A DNA stretch of 46,143 nucleotides from Chromera velia. Lineage: Eukaryota. The stretch's first letter is position 1; each line of letters begins with the position of its first letter. The notes beneath the pieces are model-generated. The model was not told where the DNA came from. It worked only from the letters and a program-made list of their open reading frames with translations, and made no database searches. Where the stretch lies: assembly GCA_018398765.1 (NCBI GenBank), contig JAHBMJ010000518.1:1-46143 (forward strand), given 5' to 3'. The translations under genes and the position numbers were made by a program. Below are positions 1 through 11,249 of this stretch, piece by piece.

Positions 1-19
1 GGTTTTTTTTTTTCCCCCC

Positions 20-51
<32 letters not shown>

Positions 52-111
52 TTCTGCGGGAGGAACGAAGGAGGGGATCTGATGTGTGCTTGCTGCTTCG
101 TTTCTGTACAG

Positions 112-594
112 ACACGCAGAGAGACGCGATCAGCCAAGCAAGCAACGCAGGTAGGCGTGCATGCGTGCACGGGGTGGTGCTTTGATCCGTTGTGCCTACA
201 AACCACTTACCTCTTGTGCCCGGCCTGCTCTGACTGATGCAAGCATCGTATGATTTATTGGGTGGTGGATTAATTGATTGGTCCACTCGGTCTTGCCCTA
301 TCAACGTTCTGTTGTTTTTATCTTCTCGTTCTTTCTTTTTTCTTCATTTCTCTCTTTCTTTCTCGCCGTCTCTCTTTCTGGCTGTCTTTCTTGCTTGCTG
401 GTAGTCCTCCCTCTCTGTTTGCTTCAGCTTCATTGAAATTGCCCGATGTTTCTTTCTGTCTTATCGTGCGTGTGTGGATGCACTCGCGAAGGTTCGTTTC
501 CGTTCTTCCCTCCGTCCTTCTACCTGTCTGTCTGTTTGGACGTCGCGGCTGCCTCATTTTGTTGAGGCAGGCAGTCATCGACTTTGCAAGATGA
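112..594 (+). CDS. Possible last two exons of a gene entering from the left (112-150, 571-594): TRRETRSAKQATQ|AVIDFAR*
   Basis: TACAG acceptor before 112, CAG|GTAGGC donor after 150, GGCAG acceptor before 571, in-frame TGA 592-594. The exons are very short and I recognise no homology. Confidence 0.25.
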
Positions 595-1127
595 CGGATC
601 AACCGATCACTTTGATGAACGTGAACACTCTGAATTCGCGTAGACGATTCCGTGTGCATGCACATGCATGGCCATCATGTAGTAATGTGCGCGTGCATCA
701 GACGTGTTTCCTTCATTCTCCTCCATGGCGCGCATCGCATCGACAGTAAACAGTGTCAATTAATTATACCAATCCCGGACTCGATCTGTGCTTCAAGTTT
801 ATGGGCATTTCGTTCAAACATTTGGCATTAAGTAGCATTGAGACGGTCAATGAGATAGGAGACCTGACTACTACAATGGTTCTTTAGTGGTTACATTTTA
901 TTATAATTTAAAAAAACAAAAAGAATACACCTAAAAATAGTATAATATTCACATAAGAATAGTTATTTAATGATTCTTTCGCTACTAAAATTTGATCACG
1001 GTTATCTTTCTTATTATTTATTATTGTTTTTAAACAGTTTTGCAGTTGTGGTCAGTAGTATACTAGTAGCTTGTACGCAACTTGTAACGCAAGTCTGACG
1101 GAGAACTCTCAGTGATTGAATTGAGCT

Positions 1128-1207
1128 GGGCGACCTCTAAAAGACAAAACCTAGAACACTCGCTAGGACAAAATGGTGACAGTGTCCTAGGGTACCGATA
1201 AATCACT
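1128..1207 (+). repeat. Short dispersed repeat family A, copy 1 (likely 5'-truncated retroposon 3' end)
   Basis: GGGCGACCTCT.AAAGACAAAA...G.GACAGTGTCCTAGGGTACCGATAAATCACT matches copies at 41792 and 41969. Confidence 0.7.
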
Positions 1208-1218
1208 GGCGACAGATA

Positions 1219-1267
1219 GACATAGCGGGAAGGCCCTAGGGCGGAACATATCAATCAATCAATCAAT
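1219..1267 (+). repeat. Short dispersed repeat family B, copy 1, with (AATC)n tail
   Basis: GACATAGCGGGAAGGCCCTAGGGCGGAAC followed by (ATCA)n; related copies at 1429 and 42172. Confidence 0.75.
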
Positions 1268-1428
1268 TATCACTTAATTGAATTGCTAGTTGAATTGGTT
1301 CAAAGTAATAATGAAACTCGAGATCTATGTTTTTCTATATTACCCTGTGTTTACAGTATATCAGGTTTGGTGTGCGGGCCGAAGGGCTGAAATAATATTC
1401 CGGGCCTTGTTAGCGGTGGTGACACCTA

Positions 1429-1470
1429 GACATAGCGGGAAAGCCTAGAGTGGAACCAATCAATCAATCA
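1429..1470 (+). repeat. Short dispersed repeat family B, copy 2
   Basis: GACATAGCGGGAAAGCCTAGAGTGGAACC(AATC)3. Confidence 0.75.
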
Positions 1471-2683
1471 TATAAATTATAACTTGAAGCCATAATATAA
1501 CTACTTTGGCGTTAACTAGCTAGCGTTAACTTTACTTACTATATATCAGATCGAAGTGACCGAGAAGTCGTGAATGATACGGTGAATCTTCCCCAAATAA
1601 GATGGTTACACACATAAATTAGAACATATAGTTGAAACACTGTGGTGACTGGCGGCCCGGGTAACGTACCGCGAATATTTTGCTGAACTGATCTCCACTC
1701 ATTGTTTGGTCCCGGGGGTCCCCCGGTACTATGCTGAATGTAGCGCACGCAACATGTTACTGGACTCTGGCTCTCACTTTCTTTAGATACCACAGCGCCA
1801 TACGATGCCATGTCAGATGCCAGTGTGGGTAACCGCATTGCATGCTCGAGTTCTGTCACTGATGAAGAACATGTTCAGACGATCAAAATGTGTGAAGGGG
1901 GCAAGCGACGGTCGGTTGATGCTTTCCTGTTGACACTGAGCTCTGTACATTCGAGAGAACAATTGATCTACTTCAAGCACGCACGGCGGTGCACACAGAT
2001 GGAAGCGTGGTCTCTCAGAAGAACACGCACAGACGCATGGGCGAACTGATCCCTTAATGAGAGAAACGAGTCAAGTGCCGTGGGCTCGGGAACAGATCGA
2101 TTACCCACACGTCTACGATAGGTCAAGAAAGAGAACAAAGATGGACATGCCGTTGAAGTGAGGGGTAGCAAGCAAGGAGAAACAAACAAGAAAGAAGACG
2201 ACCTGAGCAGAAGGAAAAGTTGTGGAAGGAAGGGAGAAAGGAAGCAGACCGTTTTAAGCCGCCCCCCCCTTTCCGTCCCTTTCTTATCCTCTCACGCATC
2301 TTTCTCCTCTTTCTTCATCCTCACGTTTGAAAAGCACCCAAGATGTTCGTATCCTCCGGCCTTGTCAGCATGGAGGTACGTTTCAAACTGTATGGGTTGG
2401 TGCAGACAAGACGATCGAGACGAAGACGAGTCTCTACACAGGTCGAAGGAGAAAGCGCTGCTTCTCTCTCTTTCCTTCCTTGCCCATCTCAATTCATTCC
2501 ATGCAGACAAACATGAACTGCACTTCATACAAAACCCCTGAGTGACAAGCAAGGCCGACAGTCAACTTTTCCCTTGACTGAAAACCCCTCCGTTAAATGT
2601 TGTTCAGCGCGCAACACTCTTCAAGGGTTGTTCACAGCTCAGTTTCAAGTGACCCGACCAAGCTCCCTCTCTTTTCTGTGTTT

Positions 2684-2953
2684 TCAGTTTCTAATCACCT
2701 GCCTCTTCCTGTTCCCAATGGACTCGTTGGTGTACCAAGCGACACCGGTGACACCAGCGTAAGCAGCAAGCATCGCTCCTCTAGCGGTGTTGGAAGTCTG
2801 CGCGTTCATGGGGTTGGCGGAGATCTGGAAGAATCTGCGGGTACCTGCCAAGGGCGTTGTTGCAGTCTGAGCAGAGGTCATGGCCCCTTGGGAGGCCGCA
2901 GAGAGAGTCTGCTTCTTTGCGAGGGAAGCAAACAGGGCAGATGCGCGCTGCAT
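2684..2953 (-). CDS. Small (89 aa) intronless, probably mitochondrion-targeted single-pass membrane protein
   Basis: CAAAATG start context. The first ~42 aa are Ala/Ser/Thr/Arg/Lys-rich with no acidic residues and end ...GTRRFF, like a presequence. One hydrophobic stretch (GAMLAAYAGVTGVAWY) and a basic C-tail follow. Confidence 0.7.
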   Translation of the reverse strand: MQRASALFASLAKKQTLSAASQGAMTSAQTATTPLAGTRRFFQISANPMNAQTSNTARGAMLAAYAGVTGVAWYTNESIGNRKRQVIRN

Positions 2954-3770
2954 TTTGGCTGAGACGTTTGAGAGTAAAAGGTCAGGTGAACAGTGCTTGC
3001 GAAGCGGAATTAAAGCTGTCCGTGTGCCTCACTTAAGTTTGGAAGACGTCAGATCGAGACGAATCGGATATTTTGAAGCGGGAGCGGGTCAGATTGTTTG
3101 TGTGGTGGACAGCTAGATTTTGTTCAGTCGATCAGTCACGCAGGAGAGTTGAGGCTAGAGCCGATTCATACGAGACGTGTCTTTCAATGATCGGGGCACT
3201 TAAGATAATCGGCTGTGGCTCATGCATGCATTTCATAAAGCTTCCTTGACTTTCCGGGGCCAATATGGGGCCAATTAAAAGTGAGACTAAAAACTTTTAG
3301 ACACCGGTGACAATGCATGTATTTGCATATGCATCTCACTATACTTAATGGGATACACCCAACCAGTTGGGTGAGTGCCTCGGGGGGCTTAGGGGGTCAG
3401 CCATAATTTGATTGCATGATGAAAACCATCAGGGGCTTGGGTATTGCCATCGGCAGCACGCGGGATTCATTCCAGGACATCATCAGGACATCCAATCTGA
3501 TTGTTGTTATCCAGGACAGCTGAATTACAATAGCTTCAGAAAAGGTTCACAGATGTTCACCGGGTGCAGAAGAGCACGAGCAGCTGGATTGAGAAGAGAC
3601 ATTCAGGACGGAAACAAGGGGGAAAGGGGAGTTCTGGGGCAGCAACGGCGCAATAAAAAGATCCACACGCGTCGACCTGCCTCTTCTGAAAAAGTAGGAC
3701 TAGAAGTGTCCTGTTGATGATTAAAATCTGGTTTTGGACAGAAAATTTCATTCTTTCCCGTTAAGCTGAA

Positions 3771-5036
3771 ATGCACAACTTTGCCGGCTTTGGAGTGAGT
3801 GGTGGGGTGGAGGACGAGAGGACACGAAAGAGGGGCCTTGCGGGGTTGACTGGAGGAGACGGGGTCGATGGCGGCAATTCCTCCAAGAAATCTTGCCCTG
3901 GCATCGGTGGGGGGGGCAGGAAAGAGGCCTTCCCTCCTGTGTGTGGTCACTCTGACAAAGTTGTGTGGGCCTCTCCGTCGTCTCTTTGGGGGTCTTTTCT
4001 GGACGCTCGCTTCGGTGTGAGGCTCCCCGTGGTTGCAGGTGGAGATCTTCTGGGTAGTCAGATGGAGACCTTTCTTGCCCAGTGTGGGGAGGGAGGGGAG
4101 GAGGGGGGGAAGGAGAACAAAGAAATGCAACAGCAGCAGCAGCAGCAGAAGGAAAATAGTGCGACGCAGCAGGGCGTCCAGAGAAGGGACAGGGGGGCTG
4201 GAGACGGTGACAGGGCCCAGAAGCTGTGCAATGTTGATGCCTGTCAGGTCGGTCTCATATCCTCTCCTCTCTTCTCTTCTCTGGTTTCCTCTGTGAGTGT
4301 TCTGCGTCTCCATGCGTCAGCAGTTTCTTCCCTGCCGCATTTCTGCACGCAACAAATTGAAGCCTGCCAGGTCGTTCGGTCCTTCTGCTTGAACCCCCCC
4401 CGCCAAACAAAAAGGGATCATCCTCTTTCTTGCCCTCAGGCTCCTCCCTTCTCTACTATTCTCTTCCGCATTTCCTCGTCTGTCTGTATACGCATGCATC
4501 GACGATTTCCTTCTGTCTGAGTGTGATCATCTGTACCTGCCTGGATGTATTCGTTCTGGTGCAGATTTAATTAGCGTGTTTGACACTCTCTTGTACCCTT
4601 TTCTTCCCTTCTCTCTTTCCTCCGTGATCCTTCCTGGCTTCTCTCTTACATTTCTGCTCTCTTTGTAAACAGACACACACGTGCGCGCTTGTCTCCCTGT
4701 CTCTGTGGGTTTCGGCCGTGCTGGCCAACGGGGCAAGAGGTGTACTCCGTTCTTTTGAGTCTTCGTGCCTGTCTGTGTATCTGTCTCTGTGACTTTCTCC
4801 GTCTGTCTGCGTATCTTTCTGCTTTGGTGTATCTGTATCTGGTTTCTTATGTGCCCGTTTTGTCACCTCTGTCTGTCTATTTGCCCTCCTGCCAGCGTGT
4901 GCGTCGGGGTGGCTGTGGTTGACTTTCGCTTTCTGTGTCCATTTCGGCGAACGAAAAAGTGCATGAGTGATGTCAATCGTGTGCATCTGAATGAATTTGG
5001 ATTCTGTGTGTTTCCTTGCGTGTGTGCCTTTTCTTC

Positions 5037-5070
<34 letters not shown>

Positions 5071-6532
5071 GTGCCCTTGTCTCTTTTCCTGTCTTGCCCA
5101 CTGCCCCTCTCTCCTCCCTCCGGTTTCTCGGTTCCATCGTTTCGTCTGTCTGTCTGTCTGTGGAGTAGCGTGTGAAACCAGTGAGCACGTGAAAAGTCTG
5201 TCGGGAGGTGGAGAGGCAAGGGGCGCTTAACTCTCACCTTTCGGGCCCCCTGCCCACGCTGTTTGATTGTTGGTACTGTTCTTTTGTCTTTGTTCTTTCT
5301 TTCTTTTTGTCTGTTGTGTTCACGAAGAAAAAGAGGGAGAAGAAGAAGAAACATAAAGTCTGTCTGTCTGACTTTCTCTCCTTCCATGTGTAACTGCGCC
5401 ATGGATTCATTCATTTATGCATTAGTCTATTTATTCGTTTATGCGACCTCGCATTCTTGTGGATCTATCTATCTATATACACACATGAAACGAGAGAAAG
5501 AAAAAACATTTCGTCCTCTCTCACCCTAGCTGTCGGATAATTCTCCATCTGCCCCTCCCTCCCTCTATGCAGGTGAAGGTTTTGCGGGTGTTGAGAGGTC
5601 TCGCTGTGTCATGCTGCATGATGCAGAGGAGACAGGAGGAGGGGGAGGCGTGCAAATCGGGCATCGCAGAAGCAGAGGCAGAGACGAAACCCGAAGGAGA
5701 GAATGGGTCTTCCTCTTCTTCTTCTTCCTCTGTCTCTTTGCCTTCCTCTCACTCCCAGCAGCAGCAGCAGGCCGGGGCCATCCAGACTCTCGAGGCAGCT
5801 TTCGCCTTTCCCTCTGGCCCTCTTTTCCATGAGATCCTGCCGTCAGGGCGTCTGGGAAGGGCTCTGAGGGAACTCTCGGAAGCGCGATTTGAGGACAAAA
5901 TCAAGACGGCCGTCAGTCAGTCAGTCAGTCTGCTTTCTTCTGTTCTTCTTGTCGTGTAGCCTGTTTTTGTGTCGTTCCGCCCGTCTTTAATTGTGTCGAT
6001 TTGTCTGTCCTCTCTATGTGACCGTACGTGTGCGCGTGCATGGGTGTCGGTCTCAAAAAGACTCTGCCTGCCTGCCTGCCTGCCTATCTGCGTGCCTGCA
6101 GGTGAGAGAGGCAGTCGAGGCCTGTGTCTCCGAAGCGACTGCCCCGATTGTGTCGATTCTGAAGACTCTCTCCGCGCTGCCCGCCCGCAACAGCAACAGA
6201 GTCGCCCTGGACGAAAGGAACAGAGACCAGGTCGGCAAATTGAGCAAGGAAGGAAGGAAGGAAGGAAGGAAGGAAGGCAAATTGATGCATGGAAAGGCAG
6301 TAGCGAACAGGCCTTTAACACCTCTAAATCAATGCTCTCTCTCTCTCTCTATCTGTCTCTATCTATCTATCTCTATGTATCTATCTGTCTATCTATCACC
6401 GCGCCTACCTGCCTGCCTGCAGAACCTGCCCCTCCTCCCCGTGAAGGACGCAGCAGGCCAAAGCCCCCCCAGGGTCTTCCCGCACACGGTCGCGCAGTTC
6501 GATGCCATCAGTGGACCCTCCCTTCTGCAGGT

Positions 6533-6581
<49 letters not shown>

Positions 6582-6613
6582 TGTGTGCATGTGTGTGTGC
6601 ATGTGTGTGTGCA

Positions 6614-6644
<31 letters not shown>

Positions 6645-7068
6645 CGATGGATGCACATCTTCCTGCCTCTGTGTCTGCGCCGGTGCCTGTCAATGCGTCT
6701 AGCTCCTTTCCCTTCATCGCTCTGGTCCGTCCCCTGTCTCTGTCTCCCTTACTTCTCCGTCCCCGACTCTTTCTTTTTGTGTGCATTTGAGGAGCTGCCT
6801 GCTTTCCGCTCTTTCTTTCTTTCTTTCTTTTTTTCTTTCTTCCTTCCTTCTTTCTTTTTTTCTTTCTTTCTTCCTTCCTTCCTTCCCTCCTTCCTTCCTT
6901 CCTTCCTTCCTTCCTACCTTCTTTCTTCCTTCCTTCCTTCCCTTCCTTTCCTCCTTCCTTCCTTCCTACCTTCTTTCTTCCTTCCTTCCTTCCTTCCTTC
7001 CTTCCCTCCTTCCTTCCTTCCTTCCTACCTTCTTTCTTTCTGTCTTTCTTTCTTTCTTTCTTTCTTTG

Positions 7069-7107
<39 letters not shown>

Positions 7108-7261
7108 ATTCCTTCCTTCCCTCCTTCCTTCCTTCCTTCCTTCCTACCTTCTTTCTTTCTTTCTTCCTTCCTTCCTTCCTTCCCTTCCTTCCTTCCTTCC
7201 CTCCTTCCTTCCTTCCTTTCTTCCTTCCTTCCTGCCTTCTTTCTTTCTTTCTTTCTCTCTT

Positions 7262-7296
<35 letters not shown>

Positions 7297-7786
7297 TTCT
7301 TTCTTTCTTTCTTTGGCTCTCTCGCTCTCTTTCTCTATGTATACCTATCCACCTACGTGTCATTCTGTGTGCCTGAGTAACGGTACTGTGTATTTGTCTT
7401 TGTTTCTGTGAACGGAAACAAAAAAACAGAAAAATACGGTCTGTCACTCTGCCTGCCTGCTTGCCTGCCTGTCCATGTGTGTAGCCTTCCGCATCTTCTG
7501 TTTTCTCTATCACAGGCTGCATGGCTGTCTCTCGATACAAAAATGCATGCTGCCTCGTTGTGTCGCGCATCGGGTTGCGTGGAAGGTTGGCTGCATAGAC
7601 AGACGTACAGCAGTGCATATTTCCCCGTTTGTGTTGATCTGGGTGTGCGAATGCTAGTGGAATAGAAATATGTAAGCGCAGACGTTTGGTGCATGTTGCA
7701 ACGTGCAGCTCGAGGCCTTTTACAAACTTCAACACACGGGGACAGCTGAAGAGCGCAGACGCCGTCTCGCCTTGGCTCTTCAATGA
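3771..7786 (+). CDS. ~376 aa protein with C-terminal Mug135-like (DUF1773/Mug135_C-type) domain; exons 3771-4247, 5573-5911, 6102-6230, 6423-6530, 7709-7786
   Basis: All introns are GT-AG, phase 0, and join into one frame. The C-terminus ARNSN...LPLLPVKDAAGQSPPRVFPHTVAQFDAISGPSLLQ|LEAFYKLQHTGTAEERRRRLALALQ* fits my recollection of the Mug135_C pattern (NS..pl.pl...G..P..FP.T...l..l....l..l..FY.l...G....r..rla). Domain call is by motif recognition only. Confidence 0.7.
6810..7315 (+). repeat. ~500 bp compound (CTTT)n/(CCTT)n/(TCTG)n intronic microsatellite
   Basis: Directly visible pyrimidine-rich tetranucleotide array in intron 4 of the 3771-7786 gene. Confidence 0.95.
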
Positions 7787-8801
7787 ATTAAGAGGGAGAG
7801 AGGAGAGAGATGGTTCGGGAGGGGTCCAGTCAATCAGCGAAGGTCTTCCTTCACTCAAGAGAGAAATCGATCGCTGTTTCTTTTCTTCTTTCAGTGTGGC
7901 GGAGGCGATCCAGGCAGGGGGCATGGAAGCTAGGGGGATGGCTGACGTTGGCAGGTAGTCAGTGCGAAGAACGGAGGGAGGGAGGGAGGGAGGGGGGGAG
8001 GAAAACTGATCGAGGGGTGGTGGTTGGGTGATCCCTCGAGGGCCCACTTGGCGTTCGTGTGAGTTGGTTTGCAGGAGATCAGTCAGAATGGCGAGAGAGC
8101 TTGGGCTGTCGTTCATTCAGGTGAATGTATGAATGTCACTCCAACTCATTCGCGATTTTACCCCCCAGCTTATGCAGTGATCGATCGATTTAATTTCCCC
8201 TTCAATTCATTCATCCCTTCGATCATTTGTTTCCTCATTTCTTTCTGATTCAGCCTTCTTGATCGGTGTATGCACATAGTGGATCTTTTGTCTCTTTTCG
8301 TTCTTCGACGCTTTGCGGATTCGATCGAGCCCCCCTACCCGCCCTCTTTCGATCTTCGAGAGAATGTGCGCAGACAGTCAGGTAGACAGACAGAGAGAGC
8401 GAAGGGACCAGAAAGCATTCACCATTAGTCTCCCTCCCAGCCCCCAAATGGGACGGTTGAGGAGAAGCGGTGGAGGCCGTGGAAGAACGAAAGAAAGAAA
8501 GGGTGTTAAGAGGTTGATCGATTCTTTGTGAAGCACTAATTAAAAATCTAGTGAAAGGTCGTAGTCCTCTCAATTCAGATGGACCGACTGAAGGAACGAA
8601 TCAATTACAAAAAAGATATACTGAGCCGGAAATTAAGTAATACTTAGTATAAGTAATTTAACAGTGAATCGGCCAGTGATTGAAATGCCAGTGTGTACAT
8701 CTGCATTGGTCTAGGCATTGGTGTCGCTGCTCTGAGTGCTCTCTATCTTCAAGTTATCTTCAGTTTGTTTGTTGTTTACCTTAAACTAATTGCATATTTT
8801 T

Positions 8802-9059
8802 TGTAGAATATAGGAGGCTTAGGCTACGATCAGGGAAGGGACATCTACTTCATGGGAAAGTCTGTTAGTCAAGGAAGTTGGAATGATATGCTGGTTCCGA
8901 CTTCTGTGTCAAGATCTGTCAATCTTAAACGATCAATCGGATGCAATCAATTTAACCATGCAACATGGATCCGACTGAGCCGCGCATCCCGGGCCCGCCT
9001 ATGACACGTCGGTCCCGGTGCGCGTCCCCCGGTTGCCTGCATGCCTGCTCAACTTCATA
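8802..9059 (-). repeat. 3' LTR (258 bp) of the copia element
   Basis: Bounded by the PPT (9060-9070) and the TSD. Starts TATGAAG (TG->TA relative to the other LTR) and ends ...CTACA on the minus strand. Confidence 0.8.
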
Positions 9060-9139
9060 ATCACCCCCCGTGGATTGACATACATCGAACACATGAATCA
9101 ATCCATGTAACAGGCAGAGCAGGCAAGTCATACATGCAG

Positions 9140-11063
9140 GAATTTAGTCTGTCTGTCGGTATGCTGAGATCCTGTAGGCACCTATTTCATATTCGCGTTC
9201 AACTCTTTGATTATTTCACGAGTATAATCAAGCTCCCCCTGAAATTGAGGCTCACTCATGGACTGGCCACTCGCGAGTTGAAACATAAGTGGCTGAGAAT
9301 CACTCACCATTATAACAGGAATCTCATACCCGAACAGCTTCTTCAATAAATCCCTGTACCGGTATGCGTCCTTGCATCCATCTTTCAGAGCCAGCAGCTC
9401 AGCTGCAGTGGTACTGCCAAGCTTCCTGCCTTCTCCTTTCTTGTGATGCAAGAGACGCAAAAGACGCTTCCTTTCCTCTGCCTTCTCTGGGAAAGAAACC
9501 TTCTGTCCTTCCTTCTCCTTCCTATCTGCATCACTATCTGCATTTTCATTCTCTTTTCCGTTCTCGGACTATCTAAGCCTTTGGCCTCTCTCCTCTTTTT
9601 TCGCCCTTTTAGGCTTTTTTGTCTTTTTGTTTTCATTCTCCTTTTTAAAGAAGAAAGTTTCTGTTACCAGTGGCTCAGCAAAATGGACTCGGCGGGGTGC
9701 CTTCCGCTTTACTTTTGCCGGGTGAGCAGACTCACAGACATGAGACATTTCTTCCTGCCCTTCCTTCATGATAAGGACTGGCAACCCCCCAAAGGATTCA
9801 ACAAGCGTAGGAAACTTTTCTCCATTCTCGTCAGTCAGATACACAATACCACTGCCTTTCTCCAAACTCACTTTCTTGACGTGGGAAGATAAAAGAGAGT
9901 GAACGACATCAGGGGAGATTCTGAAAGCAGTAACTTCACGTGCATTCCTCCATTCACCTCTTTCGACATCAAAAGCAGGGAGACGATACTCTTTCATCAG
10001 CTCTGTCTCAAGCATTGCATCTGACCGTACAATGTCATACACTTTTTTTTCTTTCCATTCCCTCACTGTATATTCATCCATGTCAGAAGACTAGGTCAGA
10101 AGAGAAAAGAGACAAAGTACACATTGAATCGACATGAGGGCTGATACGCAGAAGATCCCAGTTATGAATGGCTGCCGCTCCTGCTTTCTCCCGCTGACTC
10201 CCTCCGGACTGCACCAACACTGAAGGAACACTCGCCCCCCCAGCTCTGGTGGCGTCTCTATCTGAGCGGTCCGACATGGTCAGAAACCCTTCTTCTGTCC
10301 CTTGCCCCCCTTGCCCCCCTTCTTTCCATCCTTCTTCTTGTCAAGGCAGACAGAAGCGAAGTGATCCTTCTCTCCGCACTCTTTACACATAGCACCGACA
10401 GCGGGGCACTTATTGTCCTCACCTCTGTACGGGAAAGTATACCCATAGTTTTTGTACCTGGGGGCCTTGAAAGTTCTCGCTGCTGGACTCGCTGCGGGAC
10501 TCAGGCTGTCTGGACTGGCTTCTGCTGCGGGGCTGCTGGGGCCTGCGGTCCTAAGTGGAGTTGGCGACCTCCCTATCCTCACGAGGCTGTCTCCCTCTCC
10601 CCCTGCCTCTCACCTTCCTCCGTCTGATGGCACGAAGCTTCTGCATCAACCCAACATTGCGGGCGATCTTTTGCAGAAGGGTGTAGGAGAGGTTGTCGTA
10701 GTCGAACTTGGAATCTTCATCCTCGGGGGAGACGGGTCTGCCCTCCGCCTCTGCCGCCTTCTGCTTAATTGCAGAAATTACGATTTGGGCGAGGGTGGCG
10801 GCGGTGATGACTCCTTCGAACTCGTCGTCGGTCATGAGGTTCTCAAGGACCTCCTTCTTCTCGGGTTTGGGGGGCACATAGCCAGCCTTCTTGCAGGAGA
10901 GGATCTGCCTAGGGATCTGCCCATCCATCTGGTTAGAAGCATCGATCAGCTCCTCATCGTCACGTCTTTCAAGGGCGCGAAACTTTTCCTTCTCCTCCTG
11001 CATCTCAATCGTCTGCTCCTTTCCATACTCACTCTTTATTTTTTTAAAGAGTTCTGGTCCTTC
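9140..11063 (-). pseudogene. Decayed gag-pol: gag with zinc knuckles (~10350-10456), aspartic protease remnant (VDSMCTLS, ~10110-10135 onward), RNase H (9140-9425); integrase and RT cores absent
   Basis: CPAVGAMCKECGEKDHFASVC knuckle. STTAAELLAL...LLKKLFGYEIPVIMVSDSQP...YTREII...*VPTGSQHTDRL matches the Ty1/copia RNase H pattern (S.teAE..Al...LL..l......i..Dnq......RE......v.t..q.aD.lt). Stops and frameshifts are present. Confidence 0.85.
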
Positions 11064-11249
11064 GAAGTCAGAATGATATGCTGATTCCGACTTCTGTGTC
11101 AAGATCTGTCAATCTTAAACAATCAATCGGATGCAATCGATTTAACCGTGCAACATGGATCCGACTGAACCACGCGTCCCGGGCCTGCCTATGACACGTC
11201 GGTCCCGGCGTGCATCCCCCGGTTGCCTGCATGCCTGCTCAACTTCACA
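11064..11249 (-). repeat. 5' LTR of the copia element, truncated by a deletion that also removed the PBS and gag start
   Basis: Starts TGTGAAG on the minus strand. Similarity to the 3' LTR stops at 11064, where the gag frame begins directly. Confidence 0.85.

Larger units (their letters stand above)
8802..11249 (-). mobile_element. Internally deleted, non-autonomous Ty1/copia-type LTR retrotransposon
   Basis: Direct repeats 8874-9059 and 11064-11249 (186 bp aligned, 14 substitutions). Element termini TGT...ACA with TTTTT TSD (8797-8801, 11250-11254). PPT GGGGGGTGA next to the 3' LTR. Contains gag, protease-like and copia RNase H remnants. Confidence 0.9.

Noticed and set aside
1128..1470. 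Short repeats with spacers that might look like a CRISPR array
   Set aside because: Only 2-3 diverged, irregularly spaced copies with microsatellite tails, in a eukaryotic context with no cas genes.
5991..8116. Long ORFs 5991-7376 (+), 6781-7380 (+) and 7106-8116 (-)
   Set aside because: They are open mainly because (CCTT)n/(CTTT)n/(TG)n microsatellites lack stops. Only the short exons 6102-6230 and 6423-6530 of the first are plausible coding sequence.
7895..8135. Exon-like segments (VAEAIQAGG..., RMARELGLSFIQ) after the Mug135-like gene
   Set aside because: The 7709-7786 exon already completes the domain in phase 0 with a stop, and these segments do not join in phase. Probably 3' UTR.
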